DNA of 64,000 bases, from the NCBI GenBank assembly GCA_022844125.1, contig JALHMI010000002.1:109461-173460 (forward strand). The letters are read 5' to 3'. Both the position numbers and the translations under genes were made by a program. This stretch comes from Pirellulales bacterium. Lineage in GTDB: Bacteria > Planctomycetota > Planctomycetia > Pirellulales > PALSA-1355. Shown piece after piece: positions 38,509 to 49,000 of this stretch (position 1 is its first letter; each line of letters begins with the position of its first letter). Under the pieces are notes generated by a model. The model made no database searches. It was not told where the DNA came from and saw only the letters and a list, made by a program, of their open reading frames with translations.

Positions 38509-40068
38509 GTGAGATTCGTCGCCAGACTTGCCATTGCTCTCGCCACGCTGCTCAGCTCAGCCTGGTTGTGTTGGGGTCAACAGCCGATGCCGGCTCAGGG
38601 CGCCAGCCCGAGCGCATTCGCGCCGGGTCGCTCAGCGTCCAACGGTCCCAGCCGCACCCCGCCAGTTGAATTGACGGGCACCTGGGTCTCCGATGAAGGT
38701 GAAGTCGACGACGCCATGGCGCCTGTACAGCCTCCCGAGCAAATCGGCGGCCAGCCGTTTGCCATCGACGAAAGCATGGCCACGGGGGGGTGCGACTGCG
38801 AACCCTGCGGTGGGGAAGGGTGCGACAACTGTGACGGCGGCTATTGCGACCCGAACGGGAACGGTGCGGGCGGCCACGGTTGTGGGCTGTTCGCTCCGCT
38901 GTGGTGCAGCGACATGTGGAACGAGGTTCACGCCCATCGCCGCATCTATGCCGAAGTCGATTACCTGTCATTCTGGACCAAGGGCAATCCGCTCCCGCCG
39001 CTGGTAACCACCAGCCCGCTGGGGACCCCGCAGGCGCAAGCTGGCGTTCTGCCGGAAAGCGCCACGACTCAGATTCTGTTCGGCAACGGCAATTATGACG
39101 ACGAACGCCGCAACGGCCTCCGGCTCAACCTGGGCTACTGGCTGATTGACGGCGAGTTCCTGGGCGTGGAAGGTCAATACTGGGCTCTGAACACCGGCAG
39201 CACAACGTTCGATGCGAACAGCGACTTTTCCGGCGGCGACCCCAACGCGATCATCCTGGCCCGGCCGTTTACCAACTTCGATCCGGGCCTGGTGGAACCG
39301 AGCAACGATGCCGCAATCGTAGCCTTCCCGGATGGTTATCAGTTGCCGGGCCAGCTTGGCACCGGCACTCTTGACGGGTCGATCAATATTCGCACCACGA
39401 GCAATGTGCAGAGCGCCGGCGCCCTGCTCAGAAAACTGGTCTGGATCGACTTCACGATGCAGCGCCGGCTGGACCTGCTCTTGGGTTATCGCTTTCTGCG
39501 AGTCGATGACAGCGTGACTATCGACGATTCTTCGACCTTTATTCCAACCAGCAGTGTGGTTCCTGAGTTCAATCTCACGAGCCAGGACCAGTTTAGCTCG
39601 AAGAATATTTTCAACGGCGGTGAAATCGGCCTCAAATACCAGTCGCAGCACGGCCGCCTGGGCATCGAACTGATCGCCAAGAGCGCCTTCGGTAACAATC
39701 GTCAGAAGACGTACATCAACGGCTACAATACGCTCACGCCCGTCGGTGGTGCTCCGACCGAAAACATTGGCGGCCTCCTGGCCCAGCCCACAAACATCGG
39801 CAACTATACCCGCGACGTGTTCGCGATCGTGCCGGAAGCCGATGCCAGCCTGCGGTGGGACATCACCTGCAACCTGCGGGCAACCATTGGTTACACCTTT
39901 GTGTACATCAATCGCGTGCAGCGTTCGGGCGATGCGATCAGCCTCGATCTGAACCCAACGCAAATCAACGGCGGCACGCTCGTTGGCGATGCGGTGCCGG
40001 CATTCAGCTCGACCGACTCGACGTGGTATGCGCACGGTGCGACGGCCGGTATGGAGTTCCGCTGGTAG
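38509..40068 (+). CDS. BBP7-type outer-membrane beta-barrel protein (second paralog)
   Basis: GTG start + signal peptide; Cys-rich linker; PPLVTTSP.GTP..QAGVLP and ILARPF shared with 28135-29682; C-terminal MEFRW. Confidence 0.85.
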   Translation: MRFVARLAIALATLLSSAWLCWGQQPMPAQGASPSAFAPGRSASNGPSRTPPVELTGTWVSDEGEVDDAMAPVQPPEQIGGQPFAIDESMATGGCDCEPCGGEGCDNCDGGYCDPNGNGAGGHGCGLFAPLWCSDMWNEVHAHRRIYAEVDYLSFWTKGNPLPPLVTTSPLGTPQAQAGVLPESATTQILFGNGNYDDERRNGLRLNLGYWLIDGEFLGVEGQYWALNTGSTTFDANSDFSGGDPNAIILARPFTNFDPGLVEPSNDAAIVAFPDGYQLPGQLGTGTLDGSINIRTTSNVQSAGALLRKLVWIDFTMQRRLDLLLGYRFLRVDDSVTIDDSSTFIPTSSVVPEFNLTSQDQFSSKNIFNGGEIGLKYQSQHGRLGIELIAKSAFGNNRQKTYINGYNTLTPVGGAPTENIGGLLAQPTNIGNYTRDVFAIVPEADASLRWDITCNLRATIGYTFVYINRVQRSGDAISLDLNPTQINGGTLVGDAVPAFSSTDSTWYAHGATAGMEFRW

Positions 40069-40075
40069 GGAGTTC

Positions 40076-40963
40076 TCAAAAGGCCAACTGCGGCGGGAAG
40101 AACTCGTTCCAGAGGTCTTCATAGTACGGTCGGAGCGTGTCGACATCCGGTCGCTCGGCGGCCTTCGTGTACAGGTCGTACGGGTTGAAGGCCTTCACGG
40201 CATTGAAGTACTTCCGATCCCGGGCGTTCATCAGGTGAGCATACGCGCCATCGCGATGCCCCGGATAGAACGAGTGATAGCGGATCATGTACAAGGCTTC
40301 GGGCGGCAAGTAGTCCTTCACGACGTGGTACATGTACTCGTCGTGTCCCCAACTCAGCAGCACGTTGTCCATCCCGCAGCCTTTCTCGTAGATGCCGCAC
40401 GGCGTCTGGTACTCTGGTCGCTCGCGGTCGGGATTCTCATCGAGGAACTCGCGAAACACGATCTCTTCGGCGTAAGCGCAGCCGACTGGGAACGTGTCGC
40501 CGACGACTGCCCATTGCGGTTCACCGAACAGGCACAGCACCTTGCCGAAGTCATGGATGAGGCCGGTGAGAATAAACCAGCGGGGGTGCCCGTCGCGGCG
40601 AATGGCTTCAGCCGTTTGCAGCAGGTGCTCGATCTGCGGCAGCGCCGTGTCAGGGTCGCTGTCGTCGACCAGCGTGTTCAAAAATTCGAGGCCGTCCCAA
40701 AGGCCCATCTTGCGGCGGTTTAGCCGCAGATAGTCGTCGCGCTTCGCGCGCACGAAGTCGACTGTCTGGTACAGGTGGTTGAGCCGGTAGAACTCGCGCA
40801 CACTGGGGCGGGTCGTCGTGCGGTAGTCGCGGAACTCTTCCTTCGCCTTGGTCGACTGCGGAGCGAGCTCGTTCGCCGGCTCCGGATAGCGACGGCGCAA
40901 ATCATCTTCCCATTCTTCGAGGTCCTTCAGCGGTCCGTTCGCGGCCGGAGGAAGATCGACCAT
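40076..40963 (-). CDS. miox: Myo-inositol oxygenase (HD-fold diiron)
   Basis: FRDY, FYRLNH..QTVDF, DDSDPD, HLLQTAEAIR, IHDFGK, QWAVVGDTFPVGC, SWGHDEY, IRYHSFY, FNPYDLYTK. Confidence 0.93.
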   Translation of the reverse strand: MVDLPPAANGPLKDLEEWEDDLRRRYPEPANELAPQSTKAKEEFRDYRTTTRPSVREFYRLNHLYQTVDFVRAKRDDYLRLNRRKMGLWDGLEFLNTLVDDSDPDTALPQIEHLLQTAEAIRRDGHPRWFILTGLIHDFGKVLCLFGEPQWAVVGDTFPVGCAYAEEIVFREFLDENPDRERPEYQTPCGIYEKGCGMDNVLLSWGHDEYMYHVVKDYLPPEALYMIRYHSFYPGHRDGAYAHLMNARDRKYFNAVKAFNPYDLYTKAAERPDVDTLRPYYEDLWNEFFPPQLAF

Positions 40964-41018
40964 GAGGAAAGCTCCGTGGAACTATTGTGCTCTGGGATGC
41001 GTTACTGCTTGAACAGGG

Positions 41019-41837
41019 TTACTCACTGGCCGCCGGCTGCTCGCGCAAGAATGCTTCGAGCCCGGCCAGATTGTCGGTATTGATCAGGTCCACGCCGGCC
41101 GCCTGGAGCTCGCGCCAGGCCGGGGCCTTGTCCGGCGCGGCCCAGAAGCGAACCTTCCGGCCTTTGGCGTGAGCGCGACTCACATAGTCGCGGAGCTTCT
41201 GGCGATCGGCTTCTTTAAACTCGCCGCTACCAAGCCACTTGAAGTGCGAGAACCAACTATCGCTGATCAGCGGCATGACATCGGCAGGATCGTCGCTGTC
41301 CAAATCGCTAATCCGGCCGTCGATCCCCGCATAGCGCTCTGACTGATTCTTGATCACGGCGATTGGACGATCGCCTGAAATGGATATGTCCACGGCGCCA
41401 CTCTTGTGCGTGCCGTCCTTGGTGCTGGAGAGAACGTCCGCGTAGCTTGCGAGTACTTTGTGCAGGGCGGCGTAGGTCGGTTCGCCCGCGCTCTTCAAAT
41501 CGATCAGAAGGTGAAACGGCTTGCCATCGCCATAGACGCTGCCGCCGTTAGCTTTAACGCGCTCCCGCAGCGGCACGAGGTACAACTTCTCGAGCGTCTT
41601 CTCGGGCTCGAGTTCGCGTTTCGTGTGCGCGACGAGCAGTTTGCCGTCGACTAGAAAGATGTCCGCCTCGACGCTGGTGAATCCATGATCGAGCGCATCG
41701 AGCAACGGACGATCGTGCAAGTAGTCATTATGAGCGTGGGCCTGAGCGAGGGGCTCAACAGCCGCGGCCGACCTGCCGACGAACAAGACCGCGACAAGGG
41801 CCCATGCGAGCGAACTCCGCCTGGTAACGTACTGCAT
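41019..41837 (-). CDS. Exported PLC-like phosphodiesterase (AIM6/GDPD-like TIM barrel)
   Basis: Signal peptide; HAHNDY, GFTSVEADI, LLIDLK, KVRFW, GVDLINTD. Confidence 0.85.
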   Translation of the reverse strand: MQYVTRRSSLAWALVAVLFVGRSAAAVEPLAQAHAHNDYLHDRPLLDALDHGFTSVEADIFLVDGKLLVAHTKRELEPEKTLEKLYLVPLRERVKANGGSVYGDGKPFHLLIDLKSAGEPTYAALHKVLASYADVLSSTKDGTHKSGAVDISISGDRPIAVIKNQSERYAGIDGRISDLDSDDPADVMPLISDSWFSHFKWLGSGEFKEADRQKLRDYVSRAHAKGRKVRFWAAPDKAPAWRELQAAGVDLINTDNLAGLEAFLREQPAASE

Positions 41838-42047
41838 GGCGAGCGTGTGTCCTGTGCTAGCAAGCGAGAAGAACGGTCGCGTAAAGCTTTCCCGGATTCT
41901 AGCACCGGCATCCACCGAGCGACAAGGTTTGCGCCGCCGGCAAGGCCGAAGACCAGGGGCAGGCCTCCGGTTGCCGCCCGGCGCGGCGAACTTACGATTC
42001 TCTCAGGCGACGGAAGGAATCAATCGCAATGTGCAGGGAGGTAGGAC

Positions 42048-42314
42048 ATGCGGGTTTTCAAAATGTTCTTGATCGCGTCGGTGCTCGGAGGGTTGGCCTG
42101 GTTCGTCAAGCAGTCGGTGCGTGTGGAGACCAGCGACCGTGAGGTTCAGATCACAATCGATCGCCATGCGCTGCGCGAAGCAGGCGCACGTTTTAAACGG
42201 CAAAGCAGGAATGCCGTGAGCACCGTGGGACAGGCACTCGAAGAGGCGGGCGAGGCCAGCGAATCCGACAAGCCGCAACGGCCGGCAGCTATAGAGCGAA
42301 TCTTTTCAAGGTAG
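42048..42314 (+). CDS. Small membrane-anchored hypothetical protein
   Basis: GGAGG/AGGA RBS; N-terminal TM helix followed by an amphipathic segment. Confidence 0.6.
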   Translation: MRVFKMFLIASVLGGLAWFVKQSVRVETSDREVQITIDRHALREAGARFKRQSRNAVSTVGQALEEAGEASESDKPQRPAAIERIFSR

Positions 42315-42340
42315 GCGGCTCTGATCGGCTCAAACTCGGA

Positions 42341-42595
42341 CTAGTAGCAGGGAACGCAGACTGGTTGTGGCTGGCACGGCACGCATTGTTGCTGCTGAAC
42401 CAGCGGCGCGGCTTGCATCATTTGCGGCTGCGCAACGATGGGCGGACCTTGTTGCACCACCGGTTGTTGGTAGGTCGCCGGCGCAAAAGCCGGAGCCGTG
42501 GCAGGCGGCGCGTAGTTTCGCCCGTAGTACGGCCGCCAACAACCGCAACCGCAGGTAACGACAATCAGACCGAACGATACGGTGAGCCACTTCAT
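42341..42595 (-). CDS. Small Pro/Gln/Cys-rich putative lipoprotein
   Basis: AAGGA RBS; MKWLTVSFGLIVVTCGCGC; C-terminal CVPCQPQPVCVPCY. Confidence 0.75.
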   Translation of the reverse strand: MKWLTVSFGLIVVTCGCGCWRPYYGRNYAPPATAPAFAPATYQQPVVQQGPPIVAQPQMMQAAPLVQQQQCVPCQPQPVCVPCY

Positions 42596-42701
42596 GGCAG
42601 GTTCCTTTGACGAGTGCTCGATTCGCTGGTGAGAGGCGCCGCTGAACTGGCGCACGGCTCAAGCCCCGGAAACATGCGAACCGCTCTCGAGACGGGCGGG
42701 G

Positions 42702-42731
42702 ACGATACCGGATGCCCACCGGCGCGGTCAA
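42702..42731 (-). promoter_or_regulatory. Sigma70-like promoter (copy 1 of duplicated pair)
   Basis: TTGACC-N18-TATCGT; flanks identical to the copy at 43063-43092. Confidence 0.65.
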
Positions 42732-42844
42732 GGGCAGCCACCGACAAGGACATTTCCCCACCAGGCATGCAGCCGACATAAGCGACTGCATAGCTGTAGT
42801 TCGCCAGCTTCGGTCCGCTAGCTCAACCTCATCAGAGACTTGCC

Positions 42845-43021
42845 TTAGTTTGCGCCGATGTACTTTTGCAGCGCAGACTGAACATCCTTCGGCTGCGCGT
42901 CTGCAGCTATCCCGACGCGCGAGTTGTGCTTCGCTGGCGCGGCATATCCGCGACCGGAATAAGGTTGTGCGCAGCCGATCGCAAACAACAGCCAACCCAG
43001 TATCAGCGGTAGCCATTTCAT
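42845..43021 (-). CDS. Small putative lipoprotein (58 aa), paralog of 42341-42595; absent from ORF track
   Basis: MKWLPLILGWLLFAIGCAQPYSGRGYAAPAKHNSRVGIAADAQPKDVQSALQKYIGAN*; lipobox AIGC. Confidence 0.75.
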   Translation of the reverse strand: MKWLPLILGWLLFAIGCAQPYSGRGYAAPAKHNSRVGIAADAQPKDVQSALQKYIGAN

Positions 43022-43062
43022 GGCATCATCTCGTTAAACAGTCAGGTCAGCACGGGGCACGG

Positions 43063-43092
43063 ACGATACCGGAATCCGACGCTCAGGGTCAA
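43063..43092 (-). promoter_or_regulatory. Sigma70-like promoter (copy 2 of duplicated pair)
   Basis: TTGACC-N18-TATCGT upstream of the 58-aa ORF. Confidence 0.65.
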
Positions 43093-43129
43093 GGACAGCA
43101 AGCGAACCACGCTCGGTGGCCCCAATAGG

Positions 43130-43828
43130 CTAAGCAACCGTAATCCGGCGGCGTGCTTGCTGAAAGATTGCGTCAAACATCGGCTCGGTTAGAACCCCCG
43201 TGAACGTGTTTTGCTGGCTGGGGTGGTAGCTGGCCAGCAGCCAGCGGCCGCCCGCTAGCGAAACTTCCGCCCCGTGAGCGAATCGCGGCGCGAGTCCGCT
43301 CTGCCACTTGCGCCGGCGAAGCTCGCGGAGAAGCGATTTCCAGGCAATCTGCCCTAGCGCCAGATAGACCACGGCCGGAATGAGTGCGAACGTGGCATCA
43401 AGCCACTCCCGGCAATTCGCCAGTTCGCCGGGCAGCGGTTTATTACCGGGCGGAGCGCAGTGGGCAGCAGCGGTAATCGCGCAGTCATGTAGCTTGAGGC
43501 CGTCGGAGGCATTGTCGCTGGTCGGCTGATTGGCGAAGCCCGCTTTGAAGAGTGCGCGATACAGCCACTCGCCACTGCGGTCACCGGTGAACATCCGGCC
43601 TGTGCGGTTCGCACCATGAGCCGCCGGCGCGAGACCGACGATCAGCAGTCGAGCCGCCGGATCGCCGAAGTTGGGGACCGGTTTTCCCCAGTAGTCCTGG
43701 TCGCGAAAGGCGGCTCGTTTTTCTTGAGCGACTTGTTCGCAGTAGATACGCAGTCGCGAACAGCGCTCGCAAGCCGCGATCTGCTCGTTAAGTTTGCTCC
43801 AGGCGCCAGTCACCGTACGTTTCGCCAT
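43130..43828 (-). CDS. udgB: Uracil-DNA glycosylase family 5
   Basis: CERC Fe-S motif, GLAPAAHGANRTGRMFTGD, CAPP.NKP, YHPSQQNT. Confidence 0.92.
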   Translation of the reverse strand: MAKRTVTGAWSKLNEQIAACERCSRLRIYCEQVAQEKRAAFRDQDYWGKPVPNFGDPAARLLIVGLAPAAHGANRTGRMFTGDRSGEWLYRALFKAGFANQPTSDNASDGLKLHDCAITAAAHCAPPGNKPLPGELANCREWLDATFALIPAVVYLALGQIAWKSLLRELRRRKWQSGLAPRFAHGAEVSLAGGRWLLASYHPSQQNTFTGVLTEPMFDAIFQQARRRITVA

Positions 43829-43831
43829 CGC

Positions 43832-44578
43832 TTACCTGGCTTGCGGCGACTGTGGCTCGCGCCCGGCTGCCCAGTGGAGGGCATTGGCCAGCAACCGGCG
43901 GAAGCTCTCTTCCTTGAAGTCCTGCTGATGACCGAGCGAAGTATAGAACACGCGGCCGCCGTTGTGCATTCGGGTCCAGGTGATCGGATCTGTTGACTCC
44001 GGGCTAGTACCAATCATCAGCACGCGGCAGTCGGAGGAAATGCCTTTGTTCTTATACAGGCTGCCCAGCGAACGAAATGGCGTGACGCCGGCCAGCAGCG
44101 GGTCGTCCTGCTCTTCTTCAACGATCCTCACTTCGGTGACGAGATCGTTGCTGTAATGCCCTTTATAGTTTCCGCCGAGCACCTCTTTGTCCAGGGCGAG
44201 CCAGTTTTGCAAAGCGTGACTCGCCGTCCGCACGCCCACGATCGGACGGCCCGAATTGCAGTAGTCCTTGATCTTCCGCAGTTGCTCGCCATCGATCTCC
44301 AATCGGCGCGTGAACAGCAGCATGACGTCGCAGGTGTCGAGGTTCTCAAGGCCGGGAAGGTTCTTGATGTCCTCGCCTTCGACAAAGGCGCGCGAGCAAC
44401 GGACATCGTAGTTCACTTCGAGATACTTCTGCAGGGTCGCGAGCGATTCGTTCGACTCGTACTCCAAGGAGCCCGAGACGAGGCAGACCTTGAGCGGTTC
44501 GGCGGTTCGCGCGACCGACACGACGAACATGCAGGCGAAGCCAAGAGCGCATCGAATGAGCTGAGTGCGGAGTTTCAT
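43832..44578 (-). CDS. Exported ThuA-like domain protein
   Basis: Signal peptide; GVRTASHA, VLGGNYKGHY, GGRVFYTSLGH. Confidence 0.85.
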   Translation of the reverse strand: MKLRTQLIRCALGFACMFVVSVARTAEPLKVCLVSGSLEYESNESLATLQKYLEVNYDVRCSRAFVEGEDIKNLPGLENLDTCDVMLLFTRRLEIDGEQLRKIKDYCNSGRPIVGVRTASHALQNWLALDKEVLGGNYKGHYSNDLVTEVRIVEEEQDDPLLAGVTPFRSLGSLYKNKGISSDCRVLMIGTSPESTDPITWTRMHNGGRVFYTSLGHQQDFKEESFRRLLANALHWAAGREPQSPQAR

Positions 44579-44611
44579 GGGAGATAGTCTCGATGATCGC
44601 GGTGTCAGGGC

Positions 44612-46039
44612 TCACGCGATGATATCGCGCACGACGTTGCCGTGCACGTCGGTGAGACGCATGTCGCGACCGCCGAAGCGCATGGTGAGCCGAGTGTGGT
44701 CGATGCCCAAGAGGTGCAGCATCGTGGCATGGAGATCGTGAATTTCGACCTTATTCTCGATGGCATAATAACCGTAGTCGTCGGTGGCGCCGTAGATCGT
44801 GCCCCCCTTGATGCCACCGCCAGCCAGCCAAACTGAAAAGCCGAATGGATTGTGATCGCGGCCGTTGGTCCCCTGAGCCATCGGCGTACGACCGAACTCG
44901 CCGGCCCACACAACCAGCGTGTCGTCGAGCAAACCGCGCCGCTTAAGGTCCTTAAGCAGTCCAGCGATGGGTTTGTCCGTCGCGCGAGCATTCTGCTCGT
45001 GCCCTTCCTTAAGGTTGCTGTGCTGGTCCCAGCGATCGTGGCCGAGATTATGACACAACAGTTCCACGAACCTGACGCCGCGCTCGACGAGCCGCCGCGC
45101 AACCAGGCACTCGCGCCCGTACGCCTCCGTGACTGGATCGTCGAGACCGTAAAGCTGCTGGGTCTCTGTGGTTTCGTCGGAGATGTCCATCAAATGCGGC
45201 ACCGCGGTCTGCATGCGGAAAGCCAACTCGCAATTAGCGATCGCGCTCTCTAGTTGACCGTCGCCACCAGTGCGGACAAGAGTCGCTTGATCGAGCGAGC
45301 GCATCAGGGCCAGCTTCTTAAGCTGATGCGCGTCGTCGCGTTCGAGCCGGGCGAGATCTGCGACGGGTTGTGCGCCCGCCCGAAAAGAGCTCCCTTGATA
45401 CGAAGCCGGCAAGAAGCCGCTGCCAAAGCAATCCCAACCGCCGGGCGGAATCATGCCGCTGTTGAGCACGACAAAACCGGGCAGGTTCTGGCATTCACTG
45501 CCGAGGCCATAAGTGGCCCAGGCACCCATGCTGGGGCGACCCTGTTGACCGCTGCCGGAATGCAGGAAGTAGTTGGCGCTCGTGTGCTCTGAGAAGTTTG
45601 AGACCATCGAGCGCACAATCGCCAAATCGTCAACGCATTTGGCAATGTGCGGGAACAAGTCGCTCACCGGGATCCCGCTCTGGCCGCGCGCGCGAAACGC
45701 CCAGGGGCTCTTCAGCACCTTGCCGATGTTGTCGAATTGCGTGGGTTGCACTCGGGCCTTGATTGCCTGGCCATTTTCGCGATCGAGTCGCGGTTTTGGA
45801 TCGAACGAGTCGACCTGCGAGACTCCACCGTCCATGAACAGAAAAATGACGTTCTTCGCTCGCGGCGCGAGATGCGTGGGCAGCGGAGCGAGCGGATTCG
45901 TGCGGCGATCGCTCGCGGCGGCGCCGAATGCCGGCTCACCAGCCAGTGCCGCCAACGCCACCGCTCCAAAGCCGCTGGCCGCGCGCGCGAGAAACTCGCG
46001 GCGGCTGTGCGAGACGGGTGTGAAGCGGTGACAATGCAT
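44612..46039 (-). CDS. DUF1501 domain protein (Tat substrate)
   Basis: SRREFL; FLFMDGGVSQVDSFDPKP; ARRLVERGVRFV; GEFGRTP; GRDH. Start at MHCHR (46039). Confidence 0.93.
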   Translation of the reverse strand: MHCHRFTPVSHSRREFLARAASGFGAVALAALAGEPAFGAAASDRRTNPLAPLPTHLAPRAKNVIFLFMDGGVSQVDSFDPKPRLDRENGQAIKARVQPTQFDNIGKVLKSPWAFRARGQSGIPVSDLFPHIAKCVDDLAIVRSMVSNFSEHTSANYFLHSGSGQQGRPSMGAWATYGLGSECQNLPGFVVLNSGMIPPGGWDCFGSGFLPASYQGSSFRAGAQPVADLARLERDDAHQLKKLALMRSLDQATLVRTGGDGQLESAIANCELAFRMQTAVPHLMDISDETTETQQLYGLDDPVTEAYGRECLVARRLVERGVRFVELLCHNLGHDRWDQHSNLKEGHEQNARATDKPIAGLLKDLKRRGLLDDTLVVWAGEFGRTPMAQGTNGRDHNPFGFSVWLAGGGIKGGTIYGATDDYGYYAIENKVEIHDLHATMLHLLGIDHTRLTMRFGGRDMRLTDVHGNVVRDIIA

Positions 46040-46071
46040 GGTGATTAAAAGCAGCTGGGCTAGTAAGTGCG

Positions 46072-49000
46072 TCAGGGGATATAGATGAACTCTTTGACGT
46101 TCATGAGTACATGCGCGTAGTCCGTCCAAGCCTGTCGATCATCGGCCGCGACGAACGCAAGACCTGCTGCCAGCTCATCGTCCTGCGGCGGTCGGGCGAA
46201 AGCACTCTCGTACATCGCGCGGATGCGCCCTGCGACGGTGGATTGCGGTTCGGCCAACACGCGATCTGCCCAGACGCCGGCCTGCTGTACAACCAGTGGA
46301 TTGTTCATCAGCGACAATGCCTGGGCTGGAACATTCGACGTTCCGCGGCGACCGATTGTGGTGAAGGGTGTGGGATAGTCAAACGCCAGGAACAGCGGCG
46401 GCAGGAAATTACGTCGCACGGTCAGGTAGATGCTTCGCCGCCCCGCGCCGTCGAGCGGACCTGACTCGGACGGCCGACCGCGTCCTGCCATGAAGTCCGT
46501 CAGATGTGGCTTCACGCCCGGACCATACATCGTGTCGTCCAGTTGGCCAGCGACGAACAACAGCGCATCGCGGATGCTCTCGGCTTCGAGCCGGCGGACG
46601 CTCATGCGGTGCCACAGCTTATTCTGCGGATCTGCGGTATCGCTGGCCACGTCGACCTGACTTGACATGCGATAGGTGTTCGACAGAACCATCAGCCGAT
46701 GCAGATGCTTGAGCGACCAGCCGCTTGCGATGAGTTCGCCCGCGAGGAAGTCGAGCAGCTCAGGATGCGTCGGCGGCTGACCCATCACACCAAAATCGTC
46801 GGGCGAACGGACAAGCCCGGCGCCAAAGTGATGATGCCACAGCCGATTCACGATCACGCGCGGAGCGAGCGGGTACTCCGGTGAAACAAGTTGGCGAGCG
46901 AGCTCCAGGCGCCCGCTGCCGCTACCCGGCGGAGAGTGGTCGGCGCCGCCCAGTACTTCGAGAAATCGCCGGGGTACTTCGTCACCGAGGGTCTTATGGT
47001 TCCCACGGATGAAGACCTGTTCGTTCTCGGCGGTGCCGTCAAGGATCGCGGGCGTGCGACGCGGCGGAGTAATTCGCGCATCGACTGCCCGTCGACGATC
47101 GTCAAGCGCAATAAGCGCTTCGGCAAGTACGGTTCGCGCGGCGACGAGTTCAGTTGGCGCGACTTCTTGCTGCCGCAGCAGCCATTGGACCAGTACGAGC
47201 GCATCGGGGTCGTTGTGCCGTGTAATGTCCGCCGCCAAGACTGCACATTGCTGGAGAGTCCTTTGATAAGCAGTTGCCAGGGCGCGGGGCGTGTCGATCG
47301 CGGAATCTTCCAGCATCGTCACGATCTGACGATTGGGCGCCGCGGGTGGCATCGCATCGGCGAATGCAACTGCATCCAGCGCCAGGTAACCATCGCCATC
47401 ATCGACTAGTTCGATATAGGCACGATGTCCTACCCACTTGCTCAAATCCTGCGGTTGCCAGCGCGGTTCAGTTCCGGCCGGAGCGAACTCCAGCCCGCCA
47501 TAGATCGGGGCTCGGATGAGCTGGAACCCGTCAATGATCAGTCGCACGCGGCCACCGTTGCCATGGACCCGATACCAGAGCGTGGGTCCGGTGATCTCGA
47601 ACGTCGGCGAACGCAATTCCCCTTGCAGCTTGGGGGACAGAAGCCCGGAGTGCGCGGCCGGCGCGGCAGCAACCTCGAAGGGCATCTCTCCGCCCGCGGC
47701 GAAGCCCCAGACGCTGGTGGGCAGTTGATCGATTTGGAAGGCTTCACCCGTTCGAGTCCAGGCCGCGAAGCCTTGCCCGGCGAAAACAACCGGGCGAATT
47801 TGCTCGCGGGCCGCCTGCTGCTGCTTGGCAAACCGTGCTACGAGCTCCGTGCGACGACGTGAAAAGTCCTCCGGAGTAACCGTGTCCGAATCGTTTGTGA
47901 GGGTCGCCCACGCATGCAGCGGATGGTCGATACGTGTGCGTGCTTCTTCGGAAAGGGCGGCAACATCCAGCGACCCGAGGGTTTCGGCGACGCCGCTCAG
48001 CCGCGCGGGTAACTCGTCGCGGACGAAACCGGTTAGCAGTTGCTCGTGCTCACTCCGCGCGACGCGCAGTTCTATCAATTTCTGGTCGAGAAAGCTCGGC
48101 GGCTCGATCGAGGCCTGCTGATAGCGCGAGCTCTGCAGGTAACCGGCCAGCGCGTAGTAATCCTTAGTCGAGATGGCATCAAACTTATGATCGTGGCAGC
48201 GGGCGCAGCTCACCGTTAGTCCGAGAAACGCCTTGGAAAAGACGTCGATCTGATTGTCGACACGAGCGGCTTCGTCAGCGCGCACATCGACCGGTGAATG
48301 CACGGCCTCTCCGAAGAAATACCAGCCTGTTCCGATGATCGACTCATTCGTGTCATCTCCAGGATGGCGGCGGGGCTGCGGCAGCAGATCACCGGCGATA
48401 TGCTCGACCACCAACTGGTTGTATGGCAAGTCGGCGTTCAACGCGCGGATAATGTAGTCGCGATAGCGATAGGCGTTCGCAACTTCGAAATCGAACTCGT
48501 GGCCGAGTGTCTCAGCAAAACGCACCAGGTCGAGCCAATGTCGGGCCCAGCGCTCGCCGTAGTGAGGCGAGTTCAGCAGGCGATTTACTACCTTCTCGTA
48601 AGCATTCGGAGAATTGTCAGACAAGAAAGCAGCAATCTCGGCAGGCGTCGGCGGCAGCCCGGTCAGATCGAACGTGACGCGACGCAATAGCGTGCGCCGG
48701 TCCGCGGCCGGCGCGGGCTGCAGATTTGCCGACTCGAGCTTCGCCAGAATGTAGCGATCCACGGAAGTTCGAACCCAGCCGGAACTGGCAACGTCCGGAG
48801 GTGCGGCTGTGGCGAGCGGTTGAAAGCTCCAGTGGCCAGCACGGGCAGCGAGATCGAACTGCTTCACGGCAGGCGACGATGATTCGGCTGCTTCGGCACC
48901 CCAGGGAGCACCGTGTCCGACCCATTGCTCGAGCACCTGAATCTCTTCGGCGGGCAGTTGCGAGTCGGGCGGCATCTGATAAAGGTCGCCGTAGCGGATC

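Noticed and set aside
42330-43128. 228-aa minus ORF and 138-aa plus ORF spanning the lipoprotein region
   Set aside because: Better explained by the two short lipoprotein genes and their promoters in other frames.
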